A DNA stretch of 63,715 bases, the filler included, from Nemertoderma westbladi (taxonomy: Eukaryota > Animalia > Xenacoelomorpha): the NCBI GenBank assembly GCA_032718475.1. It is 4 parts of 4 records of this genome, joined end to end, with 100 filler letters (N's around TTAATTAATTAA, not from the genome) between each part and the next. Parts side by side here need not be neighbours in the genome. Positions count along the whole stretch, not along the records: positions 38,202 to 56,391 come from JAUCBJ010004170.1; positions 56,492 to 63,715 come from JAUCBJ010001492.1; 2 more parts are not named here. The stretch is one strand, 5' to 3'. Both the position numbers and the translations under genes were made by a program. Of this stretch, positions 46,407 to 60,660 are shown piece by piece. The notes beneath the pieces were generated by a model. It was given only the letters and a program-made list of their open reading frames with translations, was not told the DNA's origin and made no database searches. How positions within the stretch are numbered: the stretch's first letter is position 1; each line of letters opens with the position of its first letter.

Positions 46407-49400
46407 GTTTGTGTCTTTTGTTGTCGGTGGTATGCGAAAGGTGTCGGTGGTTGTCGGTGTAGTATTTAGTCAAATTTTAAAGCCAGTTAAGGCAAAGTCT
46501 TATGTTAACAAATCCAACAGTACAATATGCCGCCTGGCTTATGGGGATACATAAAAGGTTGAATAGTTATGAAGTGGTCATCCTTGGGAGATTGTGTTGG
46601 GCAACCATTCTTTTCCGGTAACATCCAAGAGAGAAAGGAGTTTCCGTTGCTTCTTGTTTCCTTCCTTCACTTTACTTTACGTCATTTAGGTAAATACCAA
46701 TTACGTCACACAATGTGCAGCTGTATGTAAAAGTAATAAATTTCGGCATTGTAGGGGCCTATCGCAGTGTACTGTATGTCCAATTGTCCAAGTTTAAGAA
46801 CGGATACCGCAGAAATATACCACTGACAACAGTCTGACTACCACCGACAACAGTCTGACTACCACCGACAAAAACTAATAATAATAGCAACACACCGACA
46901 TATGAAAAACACTAACGATTTTTACCATTACGCTATGCAATATAATAATTTAAAACAAGATAATATATGAAGGCGGTATTATATTTTAAAGAAATTATCA
47001 TGACTAACCACCGACAACAGGCCGACAGTGGACAATATACTTTGTCACTGTTTGTTATAAATATTTGGACTGGAAATAAAAATTGTATAATCATGTACTG
47101 AAATACTGTAGTTTACTAACATTGCCCATGTTGTCGGTATACTGTCGGTTTGCGATCTTACCTGTCGGTTTGTGTGGGTTTATGTCTTTTGTTGTCGGTG
47201 GTTGTCGGTGGTATGCGAAAGGTGTCGGTGGTTGTCGGTGGCGTATTTAGTCAAACCCATTGGTCTGTCCACCTTTTTAAAGTTTCTGCTTTCTTAGTTA
47301 CATAATTGGGAATAAGATGTGTATTTGAAAAAGGACACATGCACAAAAAACACAGATAATAGTCTGACCAATCAGAAACGTATTAAAGCAATGCTATTTA
47401 TTAGTGATTGGACTGTCCACCTTTTTCAGGTTTCAATTATCTATCTACTGATCTATAATGGGCATGCTGGAAGCAGTTGCATTAAGAATGCTGCCGGTGT
47501 CCTAGGCGTATCTACCCCCCCCCCCCCCCCCCCCCCCCCTGCGGATTGCCCTCCTATAGACTTACAGTATATTAATAGTAGGTCTAGCGTACCGTACACA
47601 GGCTGTCGTACAGCACTTTAACTTGGATTTATTGGTTTATATTTGTGGTTGGGTTAGTTGGTCAGGTCCAAACCCTAATTAAAATTGTCATTAGTAGCCC
47701 TAAAGTGAAAGTCCCGATGCTCTAATCTAAGAAACTTTGTGGAATTTAGGATCCAAAATATTTAAGGTTGGGGTTACATGACTGTTTTATAATTAAGGCT
47801 TTGGGCCTCCATTTCCACTTTGAATTAGGGTTTCGGACCTCAACTCCCAAAATATGAGGACTTATTTACGTCCTTCGGTGCGCTCGGTCGTTTAATAGCA
47901 GATCTCGGGATGAACGGTAAATAAAGCATATTATATTTCCCTCACAGTACAATAGGTTGTTATTATAATTAACTTTATACTGTAATGAATGAGTTAGAAT
48001 ATTGACGTTCCAATATTGATGCTAAGGCTGTAAGGCTCAGTTAGGCCTAGTTCTAAATAGGCTAGGCCTATTTCGACAACTTCGGTTTGTCACAGTAAGT
48101 ATGGGATAATAATAACAATAATAATCCCAGAATACATAAAAACGTTCTGAAATTTTTTGAAAAACGTGGACAGAGCTGCTCTAATGTGCAAATCAATCTG
48201 ATTGGTCAATTCATTGCCTGTTCTTTCTCAACCCAGTCCACCTTATTCACATTTGAAAAAGGTGGACAACAAAGCTGAAAGCTGTGTGATGCAAATCGCC
48301 CGTGATTGGTCTGTCCGTTGTCCATGTTTTCTGTGTCCAGTCCACCTTTTTCAAACACCCCTAATAAATTCCCATAGTATTTCAGCTAATTTGCAAATGT
48401 AATCACTTAAAATGTTTTAAAATAATGTGTTCCCGACGGTGAAAGTTTTTATTCCATCGGTAATGAGGGTTAATTTTTCGAGTTACATCCATAAAAACAA
48501 TAAAAACACCCCTTCTTGTGGGCCTTGTTGGGTCTTGTGGGCCTTCTGCGCCTCCTGCCATTTTAGAGTTGAATTTACAACTTAAAAGTTAAAAGTTGAA
48601 TTTTAAAAAAAAGTTTTAAATTTGAACTTCTCCCCGACTGTTAGGGGCGAATCGACTTGGACAGTTGACTGATTCGCCCAACCTTCCAAGTCCATTCGCC
48701 CCAGACTGGCAGATGATATCATTGCTGAATGTTTTACTAATATTCTTTTTAGGTACAGTGATATTGTGATATACAATGATATTAGAAAGTGCAATATTGA
48801 AATGTTGTTACAAACACATTTACCCTCGATTAGGCAGATAGGCCTACAGTACGCGTAATATTTTTTTAGATTTTTTATAAATTACAGTAGAAATCTTGTT
48901 ACAAACACCTTTGAACCTCGAGTACTGGAGTAATATTTTCTCAAGATCTTATAATGTGAAACAAATTGATAAGGTAAATCAAGCAAATCCAAATGTTGTT
49001 TCTGGCTACTTTCCCTCTGAGCTTCAATATTGACAATGTGACTCACATGCAACAGTGACAACTCTCATCTACTACTACTACTAGGATCGGCATGCTGCAT
49101 TGCAGCTGCATTTTTAACAATGCTGTGCCGGCTTGTCAACAAAATTGCACCGCCACAACTCCCTATCACCCATGACATTTGCTAGATCATCCGCATCTTT
49201 AAGGCCAGTGTCCTTTAAGATGCGTCTCAAGAAAGTCATGGGCTGTCCACCATGCTTATTCACTCCATGAGGCTGCCAAAGTACAAGATTATGCACTGGC
49301 TGGTCCTCACGGCGAAAGCAATGTCCTGCAAAGCGGAGGCAAATTTGTTCTAGTGTCAAGCTTGGGGGAACCAATGAGACACCTCCAATGTTATATAGTG

Positions 49401-50065
49401 TCTGGTTGGAGATGTGTGCATTGTACTTGACACAATGAACCCGGCGTAGCATTCTTGTGAATGTGCCATCCAGAGATTTGGTGTCCTCAGCAGTTAGAGC
49501 CCAGCATGGACTCCCGTAGAGGAGTACTGGAACTACTGCTGCTCTAAATAATCGGACCTTAAGTTTCCGATTAATTCTCGGTGACTTCCAAATCCTGGAA
49601 AGCCTATTCAAGGCTGCCCATGCCTTTCCCTTACGTATTCGAAGGTCCTCACCTGACTTCCGGATCCATGATCCCAGGTGACAGAAGTCGTCCACATGCT
49701 CAAGCATACCATCCTTTGAGCTTATGCTCATCCGATCAGAGACTTGCTGAGGACTTTCAAAGTTAACTGTCAGAATTTTGGTCTTTCTGGAGTTAATAAA
49801 AAGACCAACACTAGAAGCAGCATGTGCTAATGAGCTGAGGAGCCGTTGGGCTCCCTCTAATGATTCTGAGAGTACTCCTAAGTCATCAGCAAAGTCTAGA
49901 TCGGTTAGGTACTTGGCAGGATTTCCTCGACTTCTGGAGCCAGTAGGTGGAGTTATCATCACCCCATCATCATTATAATGATCTAAGGACATGCGTAGAA
50001 CATAGTCAACCACAATAATGAACAAGAATGGTGCAAGTGTGTCTCCTTGGAGGACGCCCCATAAC

Positions 50066-51657
50066 CATGGCCGGCGCCAATGGGGTGCAAGGGGTGCAGC
50101 TGCACTCCCCAAAAAGTGATAAAAGGTCCGCAATTGGACGAATATATTTTCATTGTGGACTAATACAAAAAATTTTGTGTAATTATTAAACCAAAAGAAC
50201 ACACAGTCACTTGAATCTTATTCTAATCAGATTTCTGTCCATTTATATTACTGGGTGTTCTGGTATTACTTGCTGTCAACAGTGAACATCATACCGATAC
50301 CACTACACACTACACCTCTATTACATTACCTGCAAGTTAGATATATATTTTCAATGTTTAGTTCATTTACTTTCGGTTTAGTGTTTAGTACAGGTAGCAG
50401 CAACAAGCAACTAACAGACAATAGGTCGCAATTCAATTCAACCTTAGTATACTACTGGTAGCAAAGCAATACCAGACCACCAGTACTGTCCTACTTCCTG
50501 TATACTTTTATACTAAATAGCTGGTTTGATTTTGTTATAATCAGCCGATTTTCCTGAATTATTATAGGCTGTAAGATGCAATTGCCTAAAATCTAAGTTT
50601 AGCTGCATGGGTACGGCACCAGAATGGCACCAAAATTGGGTTTGAATTACCATAAATATTTATAAATAGTTTCATCGTGATCAGCGACCTCGAAAACCCG
50701 TATACATTCAGAATTATCAAAACAAACACAAAATTGTTTAGTTTAACATTTTTTTTACTTACGTTTCGTCCTGGGGGACCAAAATAGCACCAAAAATGAT
50801 GGTTGCATCGCCAGAAAATATTTTAAACAAGTTTTATCGTGACCAGCGAGCTCGTAAACCCTTATACCATCAAAATTGTAATTTTTGAGCCAAGATCTAA
50901 AATGACCCCCCCCCCCCCGGGCCAATTACGATTGTAAAATAGCCCGGGCCAGATAGGGTTAAATCAAGGTTGATTAAAATCCGATCTAATTAAAATCACC
51001 TATTCCGTTTTACTCACTCCATCCAATATTCCGGTAGCAGTCTGCAGTAATCAACCATTTGTTCAACCAAATTAAAGTCTAGGTTGTTTTATTGTTGAAT
51101 TAAATATTTTTTAAGTAAGATTTTTAAGTATTTTTTAAATTTATTAATTTGAATGTGTTAGAAGTATTTCACAGTATAAGTTAGAATACTGGTGGGTTTA
51201 TTATATCAAAATCAAAATACTTCGTTGGAGACAGGAGGGAAACGCAAAACCTGCCTTGGCGAATTCATGTCCCGCCTCAATGTTAAATTCTCAATTTAGG
51301 GAAAGGAGCAGGTTACAGTGGCACGTTATTTTAACCAAAACAATAAACTAAACACAATAGTACAGGTTACAGTTTTATTTTTGAGAGTAATCAGACTTTA
51401 TTTGTGTCGGAATTTCCCCTGGAGAGGGATGAATTTTTATTGCGTCCATAATTTAGTATCATTTAATCATATCATTTAATAGGTTCACTCTAACTTTTTC
51501 TAACTATCTGATACAAAGTGTAAAATTTTCTAGGTTAGCGGCCTAAACTGATACCGGTGCAATGCAGCAATGTGTAATATTTTGTTTCGATGGTAACAAA
51601 AAAGGTCCGCTTTTTCAACATCTGCACCCCCCAAGAAAAATCCTGGCGCCGGCCATG
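50066..51657. mobile_element. Non-autonomous hAT-like DNA transposon inserted in the RTE RT
   Basis: Perfect 14-bp TIR CATGGCCGGCGCCA. 8-bp TSD CCCATAAC at 50058-50065 and 51658-51665. Removing it restores EVLWGVLQGD. Confidence 0.88.
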
Positions 51658-51914
51658 CCCATAACACTTCAAATGGTTCTGTGTCACCGTCAACAGTAGA
51701 CACAAATGTTGTCGAACCATCGTATACTGATCTGATTGCTGCAATAATTTCATCAGGAATCCCATATAATGAAAGTATGCTGAACATACGTGAGCGAGAG
51801 ACTGAATCAAAGGCCTTGAAGAAGTCAACAAAGATAAGGAGATATCACCAATGGGAATATCTGGGAGTACAGACTCAGACACTTTTACTTCTATAAAGTT
51901 ATCAGGCAATACCC

Positions 51915-52155
51915 AGTTATAGTTCATATCCGTACCGACCGTACCGATGGTATTTTCGTATTGCAAAAATAAGACTATAAGTATGAAATACCCTATGTTA
52001 TTGAGATAATGTTTATTGTTTTGGTTAGAAAGGCCCACCACTGTAACCTGCTCCTTTCCGTTAATTAAGTAATGGAGATTAGTTTATTGTTTTGGTTAGA
52101 AAACACCACCACTGTAACACCATCGGTCAGGTCGGTACGCATATGAACGATAACC
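51915..52155. mobile_element. Small MITE in the RTE
   Basis: ~35-bp imperfect TIRs (GTTATAGTTCATATCCGTACCGACC... and ...GGTCGGTACGCATATGAACGATAAC). ATACCC on both flanks. Confidence 0.7.
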
Positions 52156-55100
52156 ATACCCTGTCATTATTGAGGAGCTTTTCAAAGTGGGCCTTCCAAC
52201 CATTGAGGCGATCGGCTGGTGATTCAGCCTTAACCTTGGTGGTTGGTTGGCTTTTTCGACCAGCAAGCAAGTTGATCTATCTCCATGCCTGGGATGATTG
52301 CCTGCTGTCGTCAGCATCATTGATGGCATCAACCTGTTGGTTTATTAGCTCCTGTAAATTAACCGAGTACTGCCTATTCAGGGACCTAGATGCAGCCTTA
52401 ACTGCATTCTTGGCCGCTGTAGTCTGTTTGAGTTGGGACTCTTTCTGCGCCTTGTAGAGGTCATTTCGGCACTTCTGAATTTTGTTGTCAGTCCAGGGGG
52501 CCCGTTTCCTGTTTCGAGGGTATACATGAACTGTCTCTGCAGCTGCTAACTTAACTGCCTCTGTGAAGGCAGTATAGCCCTCACAGTGATCTGCCGCCTC
52601 AGAGGCAAGAGCCTCATACCTGTTGCTCAGCTGTAGTGTGAAGCTGGACTCACACTTGGCTGTTGCAACAGAGAGGACCAGTCATGCCGCGGCAAGGCAG
52701 ATTTCGTTGTTCTGCTAGCACGCAGACTAAGTCTTACCTTGGCCACAATAAGGCAGTGATCACTGGAGAAGGGTCGTTGTGTAAATGCATTACAGTCTTG
52801 TATAGAGCTCCTGTATTTCCTACGAAACAGGATATGGTCTATCTGGGACTTGTGACCACTGGGTCCACTATGAGTCCATAGCTTTCCAGTTCGCTTCTTG
52901 AACTGGGTTCCAGCCGAAAACAATCCATTTCCAGAGATAAAATCCTGGAGATGGACGGAATTTCGGTTAACACTATTGCTATAGACCCAGGGCGATGTAG
53001 GTGATTGATGCAGACTTGCATTAAAGTCTCCCAGGAATGTTAAGAATGCATGCTGATCCACTCCATCAGTAGATCGGTAGCTGCTTGTAGATTCTGGTAG
53101 AAATTTTTCACCTCCTCTACAGGGGCAACACTAGTTGGAGAGTAGCACACAATCAGAACCACCTTAGGAAACTTCTTAGCCAGTCTTCCAGAACATGAGA
53201 AGTGGCAACGGATGATGCGGTTAGAGATTTGGTCTATTTTGTCCAATGCTGCATGTGCAGTTGGATTCATCAATAGACCAATTCCACCATTGCCACTATC
53301 ATCTGCTGAAGCGAGGGCGAGTCGCCAACCGCCCCCCATGTCCTTAATCAGAACCTCATCAGTCTGTCCAGTCTAACAAGGCAGTCAGCTCACCTTGTCG
53401 CATTGGGGACCCGAGTGTTAGGGTGTTTACTGAGGCTAGTCTAGTGACTTGCCTCAGATTCACCAATGGCTTTGTTGGTCGGGGTGGAACACGAGAGTAG
53501 CCTCCAACTCCAGAATCCCTGTGGAATGCAGTATGCTGTTTGGAGCCCACCACAGTACCATCCCAACTGCCACTGCCAGACTCATTTCAGCTATTTTTAG
53601 GTCCGCGTCTTCTATTATTCACTCCGGTTGTTGTTGTTGTTGTTAACTTCCAGTTAGTTTTAGTAATAAGGCTACAAAGTTGCTCAAAAAATTACCACTT
53701 GTAAAGCGTGGCCTTCACTGCGTATTTGAACTTTAATATGACTCATCATACTACAATCTTTATAGTCATACAGGATTACAAAAGCTGCTGCATTTGTTGC
53801 TATAGTAAATGCAATGTAAATAGCTTAGAATGATTTATGATACAATTACAACAGTTCATACATTAAATCAAATTGACTACATGTACAACATATTACTCGA
53901 GTCACAGTACGCTGGCTATAATAATATCGTACTTATACAAGAAAACTTTAAAACCCCATTTGAATATTATTTAAGTGGCTAACAATTAAGATTAACCCAA
54001 AAAAACTAAAAATGTCAAAATATTAATTTTTTGCATCCAAACGCATCCATTTTGCCGAAATAAATATATATCATTACAAATATTAAATAAACATTTCCAA
54101 AATGCGTACGTACAACAGCACTTTTTCCAATAAGTCAAATTTTATGAACAAAAATAGGGATGCAAACCTAAATAATTATTATCAATCAATACTAATCACA
54201 TACTACTGTTTACTTCTGCTTTCGGCACCAAATACTTGACTTTCTACACCAAATAATAACTACTGTATTTATATCACGTTGATAAAAGTAGCACTTTATA
54301 TGAAAAAATTTACGATTCGGTTTACTCGCCCAGCCCCGCAGCGAGACAAAGTAAAGTGGACGAGGATATAAAGTATGTACTGTACTTTTAACAACATGAT
54401 ATATCTGTAATTTATTCAAATATTGATATAGTCTTTCCGACTTTCCGATGAGGCATTGTTTAATAATAAAGTACAACGTACCGTACCGGTACCATTGGCC
54501 TACGGTGTTTATCGTCAATACTGCTGTTTGATATACCGATTGAAACCGGTACAACAGCACAGTCCACAGTATACCGTATACAGTATAAGAATGTGAAACT
54601 AAAATTTGGCAATAGCTGTTGTACAGGAATGTAATAGTGTGAGCTTACAAAACAGTGTGATGAGCGGACATAAAAGTTAAACTTTATTTGTCGCTGTTTA
54701 AACTGGCAGAGGAAAGAAATGTTTCAATTTTTGAATAAAATAAAATAGGCCCTACTGTAGGCCTAACGCAAGACATTGGACAGTAGGGAGGGCCTAAGGT
54801 TGGACCTATAAACGCCGGTAAATTGTAGGCCTATAGTACGTGTAAATAAAATACTGTATACTGTAGTATGTTATACTATAGCGCTACTGTAGGCCAGGCC
54901 TACAGTGTATTTAAATTAAACGCTGTAGCCCTTAAACATTGATATAAAATTGGAAACAACGAATCAGGAGGTAGAATGTTGTTTATTATGATAGAGGGAG
55001 ATTTGATTTATATTTTTAAATCCTAATATTCGAGTTTGTCTAAGGGTTGCTTTTTGAGTAATCATCGTAAAAAATATAATATATTTTTTTAAACAACCGA

Positions 55101-56391
55101 CATATATCCCTATAGGCCCTACATAGTTTCCTACCTCATTTAATATGTGACATAATGCCAATATTTTCAAACACAATGTTTTTTTTTATTTCAAATCATA
55201 TAGGATTACCAATATGTGAAACCCATTTAATTTTACTCCATAAAATAAATTAGAATGAATAATGTTGTGTTGTGGAAAATGTCACATTTGGCGTATAGGT
55301 AATTCAACCGAAGATTTAATTAGAAGGCAAAAAGATATATTTTGTACAAAAGTCTGTGACTCAGCGAGGAATTCATTTATGATGTATTGAGTTTAATAAC
55401 AACCGGGAATAGAACAGTAATTCATTTAGCCACACCCCACCTGACGGTAGCGCCCTATACAAGAGGAGCTTCTGCCAATAATTCCCTTATCCTTTACCCT
55501 CAGATAACACGTTCGTGGGGCCATCGCGCAGGACGAGGCTCAGTTATCACATACAGATTAAAATTGAGCGACTGTTTCACAAAATAAGGTTTTGAGAAAT
55601 TTACCCACACCACAAATCAATCAAAGATAGGGCGACAGTACGTGTTCACCAGTTCACCCCTTTTAATCTGCACCCCCCCCCCCCCCTTCCCACCCTTCCC
55701 CTTCCTTTCCACCCTTCCCACCCACCAGTACTTTATAACTACCGATGCCTTCAATAGGCGAAGCCAGGTATGGTTTACAGGAATATAATCAACGCAGTAG
55801 GCAGTACTCGTCTTCATTATTATAAACGTCGTTGTGCTCGTCCTGTTTTGTAGTTAAACCTATTTCCTAAACGCAGACTGACGATCTTTATAACTACCTT
55901 CGCCTTGAATAGGCGAAGCTGGGTATGGTTTATAGGAATATAGTCTACGCAGTACTCGTCTTCATTATATGCCTCGTTGCGCTCGTCGCTCGTCCTGTTT
56001 TGCATTAAAATATTTTTCCTAAACCAAGACTGACGATATTTATACAGTTATAACTATGCGAAGTTTCGAAACTGTGCGAGTAACTGCTGATACATCCACG
56101 TGGAGATGTGTGATACAACGCCAACGCATCGTATGCCGATGTAGTAATATGGGTATTGAAATACTGTAATATTAAATCAATGTACACTCTTAAAGCTGCA
56201 GCGAAAAAATGTAGATAATTTCCTAGGTTATATATAAAATAATAATATTATTTTTAAGAACAATAATTTTACTACTTTGCAAAAATTAAATTAAAAAATA
56301 ACCAGACGAAAATATTGCGGAATAAACTATTTCAGATATAAGCCAACAACAGTCATGCCATGGATTGGATATAGTATTTATGTCATTATAT

Positions 56392-56491
56392 NNNNNNNNN
56401 NNNNNNNNNNNNNNNNNNNNNNNNNNNNNNNNNNNTTAATTAATTAANNNNNNNNNNNNNNNNNNNNNNNNNNNNNNNNNNNNNNNNNNNN
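56392..56491. other. Assembly gap spacer
   Basis: N44-TTAATTAATTAA-N44. Confidence 0.98.
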
Positions 56492-56666
56492 GGACAGCCC
56501 ATGACTTTCTTGAGACGCATCTTAAAGGACACTGGCCTTGAAGATGCGGATGATCTAGCAAATATCATGGGTATTAGAGAGTTGTGGCGGTGCAATTTTG
56601 TCGATAAGCCGGCACAGCATTCTTAAAAATGCAGCTGCAATGCAGCATGCCGATCCTAGTAGTAGT
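56492..56666 (+). mobile_element. RTE-like LINE 3' end with (TAG)n tail
   Basis: Near-identical reverse complement of 49075-49250. Confidence 0.9.
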
Positions 56667-57668
56667 ATGCCGCTTTATCTGATTGGTGTATATGCTTCGG
56701 TATGTTAGCATTGGGTATGCCGCTTTATCTGATTGGTCTATGCTTCGGTATGTTAGCATTGGTTTGTCCGCTTTATCTGATTGCTCTATGCTTCAGTATG
56801 TTAGCGTTGGGTATGCCGCTGTATTGGTTTATGTTTCGGTATGTTAGCGTTGGGTATGCCGCTGTATTGGTTTATGCTTCGGTATGTTAGCGTTGGGTAT
56901 GCCGCTTTATCTGATTGGTCTATGCTTCGGTATGTTAGCGTTGGGTATGCTGCGTTATCTGATTGGTTTATGCTTCTGTATTTTAGCGTTGGGTATGCCG
57001 CTTTATCTGACTGGTGTATAAGCTTCGGTATTTAGCGTTGGGTATGCCGCTTTATCTGATTGGTCTATGCTTCGGTATGTTAGCGTTGGGTATGCCGCTT
57101 TATCTGATTGGTCTATGCTTCGGTATGTTAGCATTGGGTATTTCGCTTTATCTGATTGGTCTATGCTTCGGTATGTTAGCGTTGGGTATGCCGCTTTATC
57201 TGATTGGTTTATGTTTCGGTATGTTAGCGTTGGGTATGTCCGCTTTATCTGATTGGTCTATATGCTTCAGTATGTTAGCGTTGGGTATGCCGCTGTATCT
57301 GATTGGTCTATGCTTCGGTGTGTTGGCGTTGGGTATGTCCTCTTTATCTGATTCGTCTATGCTTCGGTATGTTAGCGTTGGGTATGCCGCTTTATCTGAT
57401 TGGTTTATGTTTCGGTATGTTAGAGTTGGGTATGTCCGCTTTATCTGATTGGTCTATATGCTTCAGTATGTTAGCGTTGGGTATGCCGCTTTATCTGATT
57501 GGTCTATGCTTCGGTATGTTAGCGTTGGGTATGCCGCTTTATTTGATTGGTTTATGTTTCGGTATGTTAGCGTTGGGTATGCCGCTTTATCTGATTGGTT
57601 TATGCTTCGGTATGTTAGCGTTGGGTATGCCGCTTTATCTGATTGGTCTATGCTTCGGTATGTTAGCT
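56666..57668. repeat. 48-bp tandem array, about 21 units, most containing CTGATTGG
   Basis: Unit TATGCCGCTTTATCTGATTGGTCTATGCTTCGGTATGTTAGCGTTGGG. Confidence 0.96.
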
Positions 57669-59272
57669 TTATCTCATCGCTATAACAACTCATTTTTGGG
57701 CATTCCGCGGCAACTTCTTCGATTATATAGTCTCCTGGTTTGCTTGTTTTATAAGATCGATAGCACAAAAAAAGTTGTAATTTGTAAGGTTACTGGCCAA
57801 TATAATTAATTGGTCTGATTCTGTCAACCGAACCACTGACTGGCCGAACGCCCAGCTCCATCTGACACCCTGACGTCAAGTCGCTCCAGGTTACAACAAT
57901 TTTACTTCTATTCGCGGTAATGGTTAAGAGTTGTTGAGTAAATTTAACTATTATTTATTAGTCTTTAGTTATCTTTTAATTGGTTTTACAGGTACATCAA
58001 AAATATAGTGTTTCTGTGTTTTTTCAAGGAAAGTTTTAACTGATTCGTTTAAATAGTTATTTATTCCAAGACACCCCCCTTGAACACGACAAGGGCAAGA
58101 CAAGACCCCCCCCCCCCCCGTTTTTAATTGTCTACAATTTCTACTAAAAATAAATATTTTGATTTTAAAAAGTATTTTTTTTTTTCGAAAAATTTTCAAA
58201 TTTCCAGTTTGAATGAAACAAGATTTGCGGTTAAAATGCTACTGGTCATTCAATTTTAGGTGAAATTGTCTGAAACCAATTTTTTTTGAATTACGGAGCT
58301 GAGCTCCACAAAAGTTATCGGTTAACATTTTGAGTTTTGCCTTTTTATGAAAAGTAATTAATATTTATTAATATTTGGCAAAATTTTAGCAAATTTTTGG
58401 CTTTAATCTGAAAAATTGGCTGTAAAAACAGAAATATAAAAGTTCCAACCAATAACTTGTAAAGAACAGCCGAAACCCTTTCGAATGATCCAAAAATAAA
58501 GGAAATTGGTTAAAAAATGGCGGAGGAGTAGTAATTTGAAAAATGAAAATTGTAATTCCGAGATAATTGCTTTCAAATTTTTAACCTTCCCGCCAAAACT
58601 GGCGTCTGTATTCTGGTTGGTTAATCATCTCTGGAACGAACGAAGCGCATCACCGAGCTAAAACATTCATTGTGGGGGTTTTCAGGGTCGCTGATTTCAT
58701 TTCCGATGACAGTTTTGAATTTTGGTAGAATCTAGTTTGTCTGTCGGTTGTCTGTCTGTCGTACAATTTGACTGACATATATATATATACCGTCATACAG
58801 AACAGAAAAACAGCGATAACTCGAGAACTAAAAGAGGTTTCGCTAAGCGGTTTTCAGATTTCAAATACTAATTAAATTCTACTATAGATTAAATAAAAAA
58901 AAAACACATTTTAAATTTTGCATTTAGAGGAGTGTAGGGCTATTCCCCCCTTAAAAGGATGTTTCGGTGAACTTAACGGAGAGGTTAAGGAAAGTGTAAG
59001 TAATTGGGGTAGCCATGTAGGTATAGAGGTAGGTGTGCGTACAGCAATGTTTGTTGAATATTACTAATGTTTTGTTTTTGGCATTGGCATTTTGGCACAA
59101 TATCTAGACCTAGCATCAATGCTTTCACGCTGGGACAATATAATAATTATTGACTAGTTATAATTAGTATATGCGGGTATATGGGCATACATGTAGGCCT
59201 ACTATTATTTATATAAAGCATGTAGATAGTCATAAATGATAGCTCTGCTTTAGACTTTATCATATTTATAAT

Positions 59273-60210
59273 ATAATAATGATAATAATAATAAACTATT
59301 ATTTATATAGCGCCCAACTCTATAAATAGATTCTAAGGCGCTCATGACTCATTTAGATATTAAACGCTCTATTGTAGAGTTCTGTTTTTAAACCGACTTT
59401 AAAGTGTTTTATTTGAGTAGCAGTTCTTAGGTTAAGTGGGAGGCTATTAAAAACCACTGGCGCGGCGTAACTGAAAGATCTGTCCCCAAAGCTTGATAGT
59501 TTGAAGGCAGGGACTTCAGGGTTCACATATACTCTGTTCTCGTACAGTTGTAGTTGGGCTCTAACATATCGAGTATATATGTCGGAGCGAGACCGTTTAA
59601 AGCTTTCCACGTTAAAAGCGCGATTTTATAGTCTATCCTGAATGAGATTGGAAGCCAGTGCAATTCCCGTAGCACTGGAGTTCTGTGCGACCTGCGTCCT
59701 TGCCTCTTTATCAGCCGAGCACATTAATTTTGTGCAACTTGGAGGCGGCTAAGGAGTCTGTGGGAGACCATACTGTACAACAAACAATTATTTATGTCAA
59801 GTCCTGAAACAACAACCGCATTGACCAGTTTCGCGGTGTTGTCTTCTGATAGGTGACCCCGTATTTGTCTAATATTTCTGAGATGATAGTTTATGGATAC
59901 AGTGGAGTTGACGTGTTGTCTCATACGAAGCTCACTGTCTAGTTTAACACCAAGGGTAGTAACTGAAGACCGTGCTGGGATTATTTTACCACCTAACTCG
60001 ATGCTAAACGAAGCTGCAAAGTCGTGAAATTCTGAGCCTCGGCCTATTAATAAAATATCCGATTTCTCGTCATTTAATTGAAGACGTAATTCATCGAGTG
60101 TGATCTTTATTTGTCCAACGCAGTCCTTTATCATCCGTTCAAGGCTACCATGATCAAGTGAATCGAACACGACATACAGTTGATGCAGCATATATGTGAT
60201 ATCCGATGTC
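59273..60210 (-). mobile_element. Degenerate L2/CR1-group LINE 3' fragment
   Basis: LQLNDEKS, LGVKLDSEL, LQVAQN and FGDRSFSYAAPVVFNSLP motifs; (TTA)n-like tail. Confidence 0.8.
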
Positions 60211-60319
60211 AATATGAATGAATATTATACGAATTATGAAAAAAATTGTATTGTACTCCTTGTATTTGCTTATATTTAAATTTGTTTGAATTTAAAAGAA
60301 AACAGGGCGTTCCAAATGG

Positions 60320-60660
60320 TTTGTGCGGCGCCCGAGAAGGCCCTTTTCCCATAGTTTTCCGTTCGGTACTTCGGAATGGATAGCAGTCCGAGTCCATTGT
60401 CCAGAACTGCTAGACCTTAGAGGGCGGGCAGGCGTGTAAGGGGTTAGCAGTTCACAGAGGTGGGATGAGGCACAGCCGTGCAGACACTTGTACGTGATAG
60501 TGGCGATCTTGAAGTCAATGCACGTCTGACTGGTAGCCAGTGTAACTTCTTGAGCACTGGGGTAATGTGTTCCCGCTTTCTGACCCCCAGTAATTAAGGT
60601 GTTGCTGAATTGCAGTTTTTGTAGTGTTTCAGTAGGCAGACCATTATCAGGCCTCCCAGT
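60320..60660 (-). mobile_element. Short L2/CR1-group fragment
   Basis: IDFKIATITYKCLHG...LLTPYTPARPLRSS. Confidence 0.7.

Larger units (their letters stand above)
49069..53600 (-). mobile_element. Degenerate near-full-length RTE-like LINE (APE + RT) with (TAG)n tail, internal deletion and two nested insertions
   Basis: APE motifs GGIGLL, CYSPT, LGDFNA, SQIDHIL (52627-53550). RT motifs FVDFFKAFDS, GVLQGDTLAP, LDFADD. CTA tail at 49069-49083. Confidence 0.88.

Noticed and set aside
46407-48360. GTCGGTGG/ACCGAC and GTCCACCTTTT direct and inverted motifs
   Set aside because: Probably decayed MITEs; ends and TSDs could not be defined well enough to call.
56702-57809. Hydrophobic repeat ORFs (LALGMPLYLIGLCFGM)
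   Set aside because: Translations of the 48-bp array, with frequent frameshifts.
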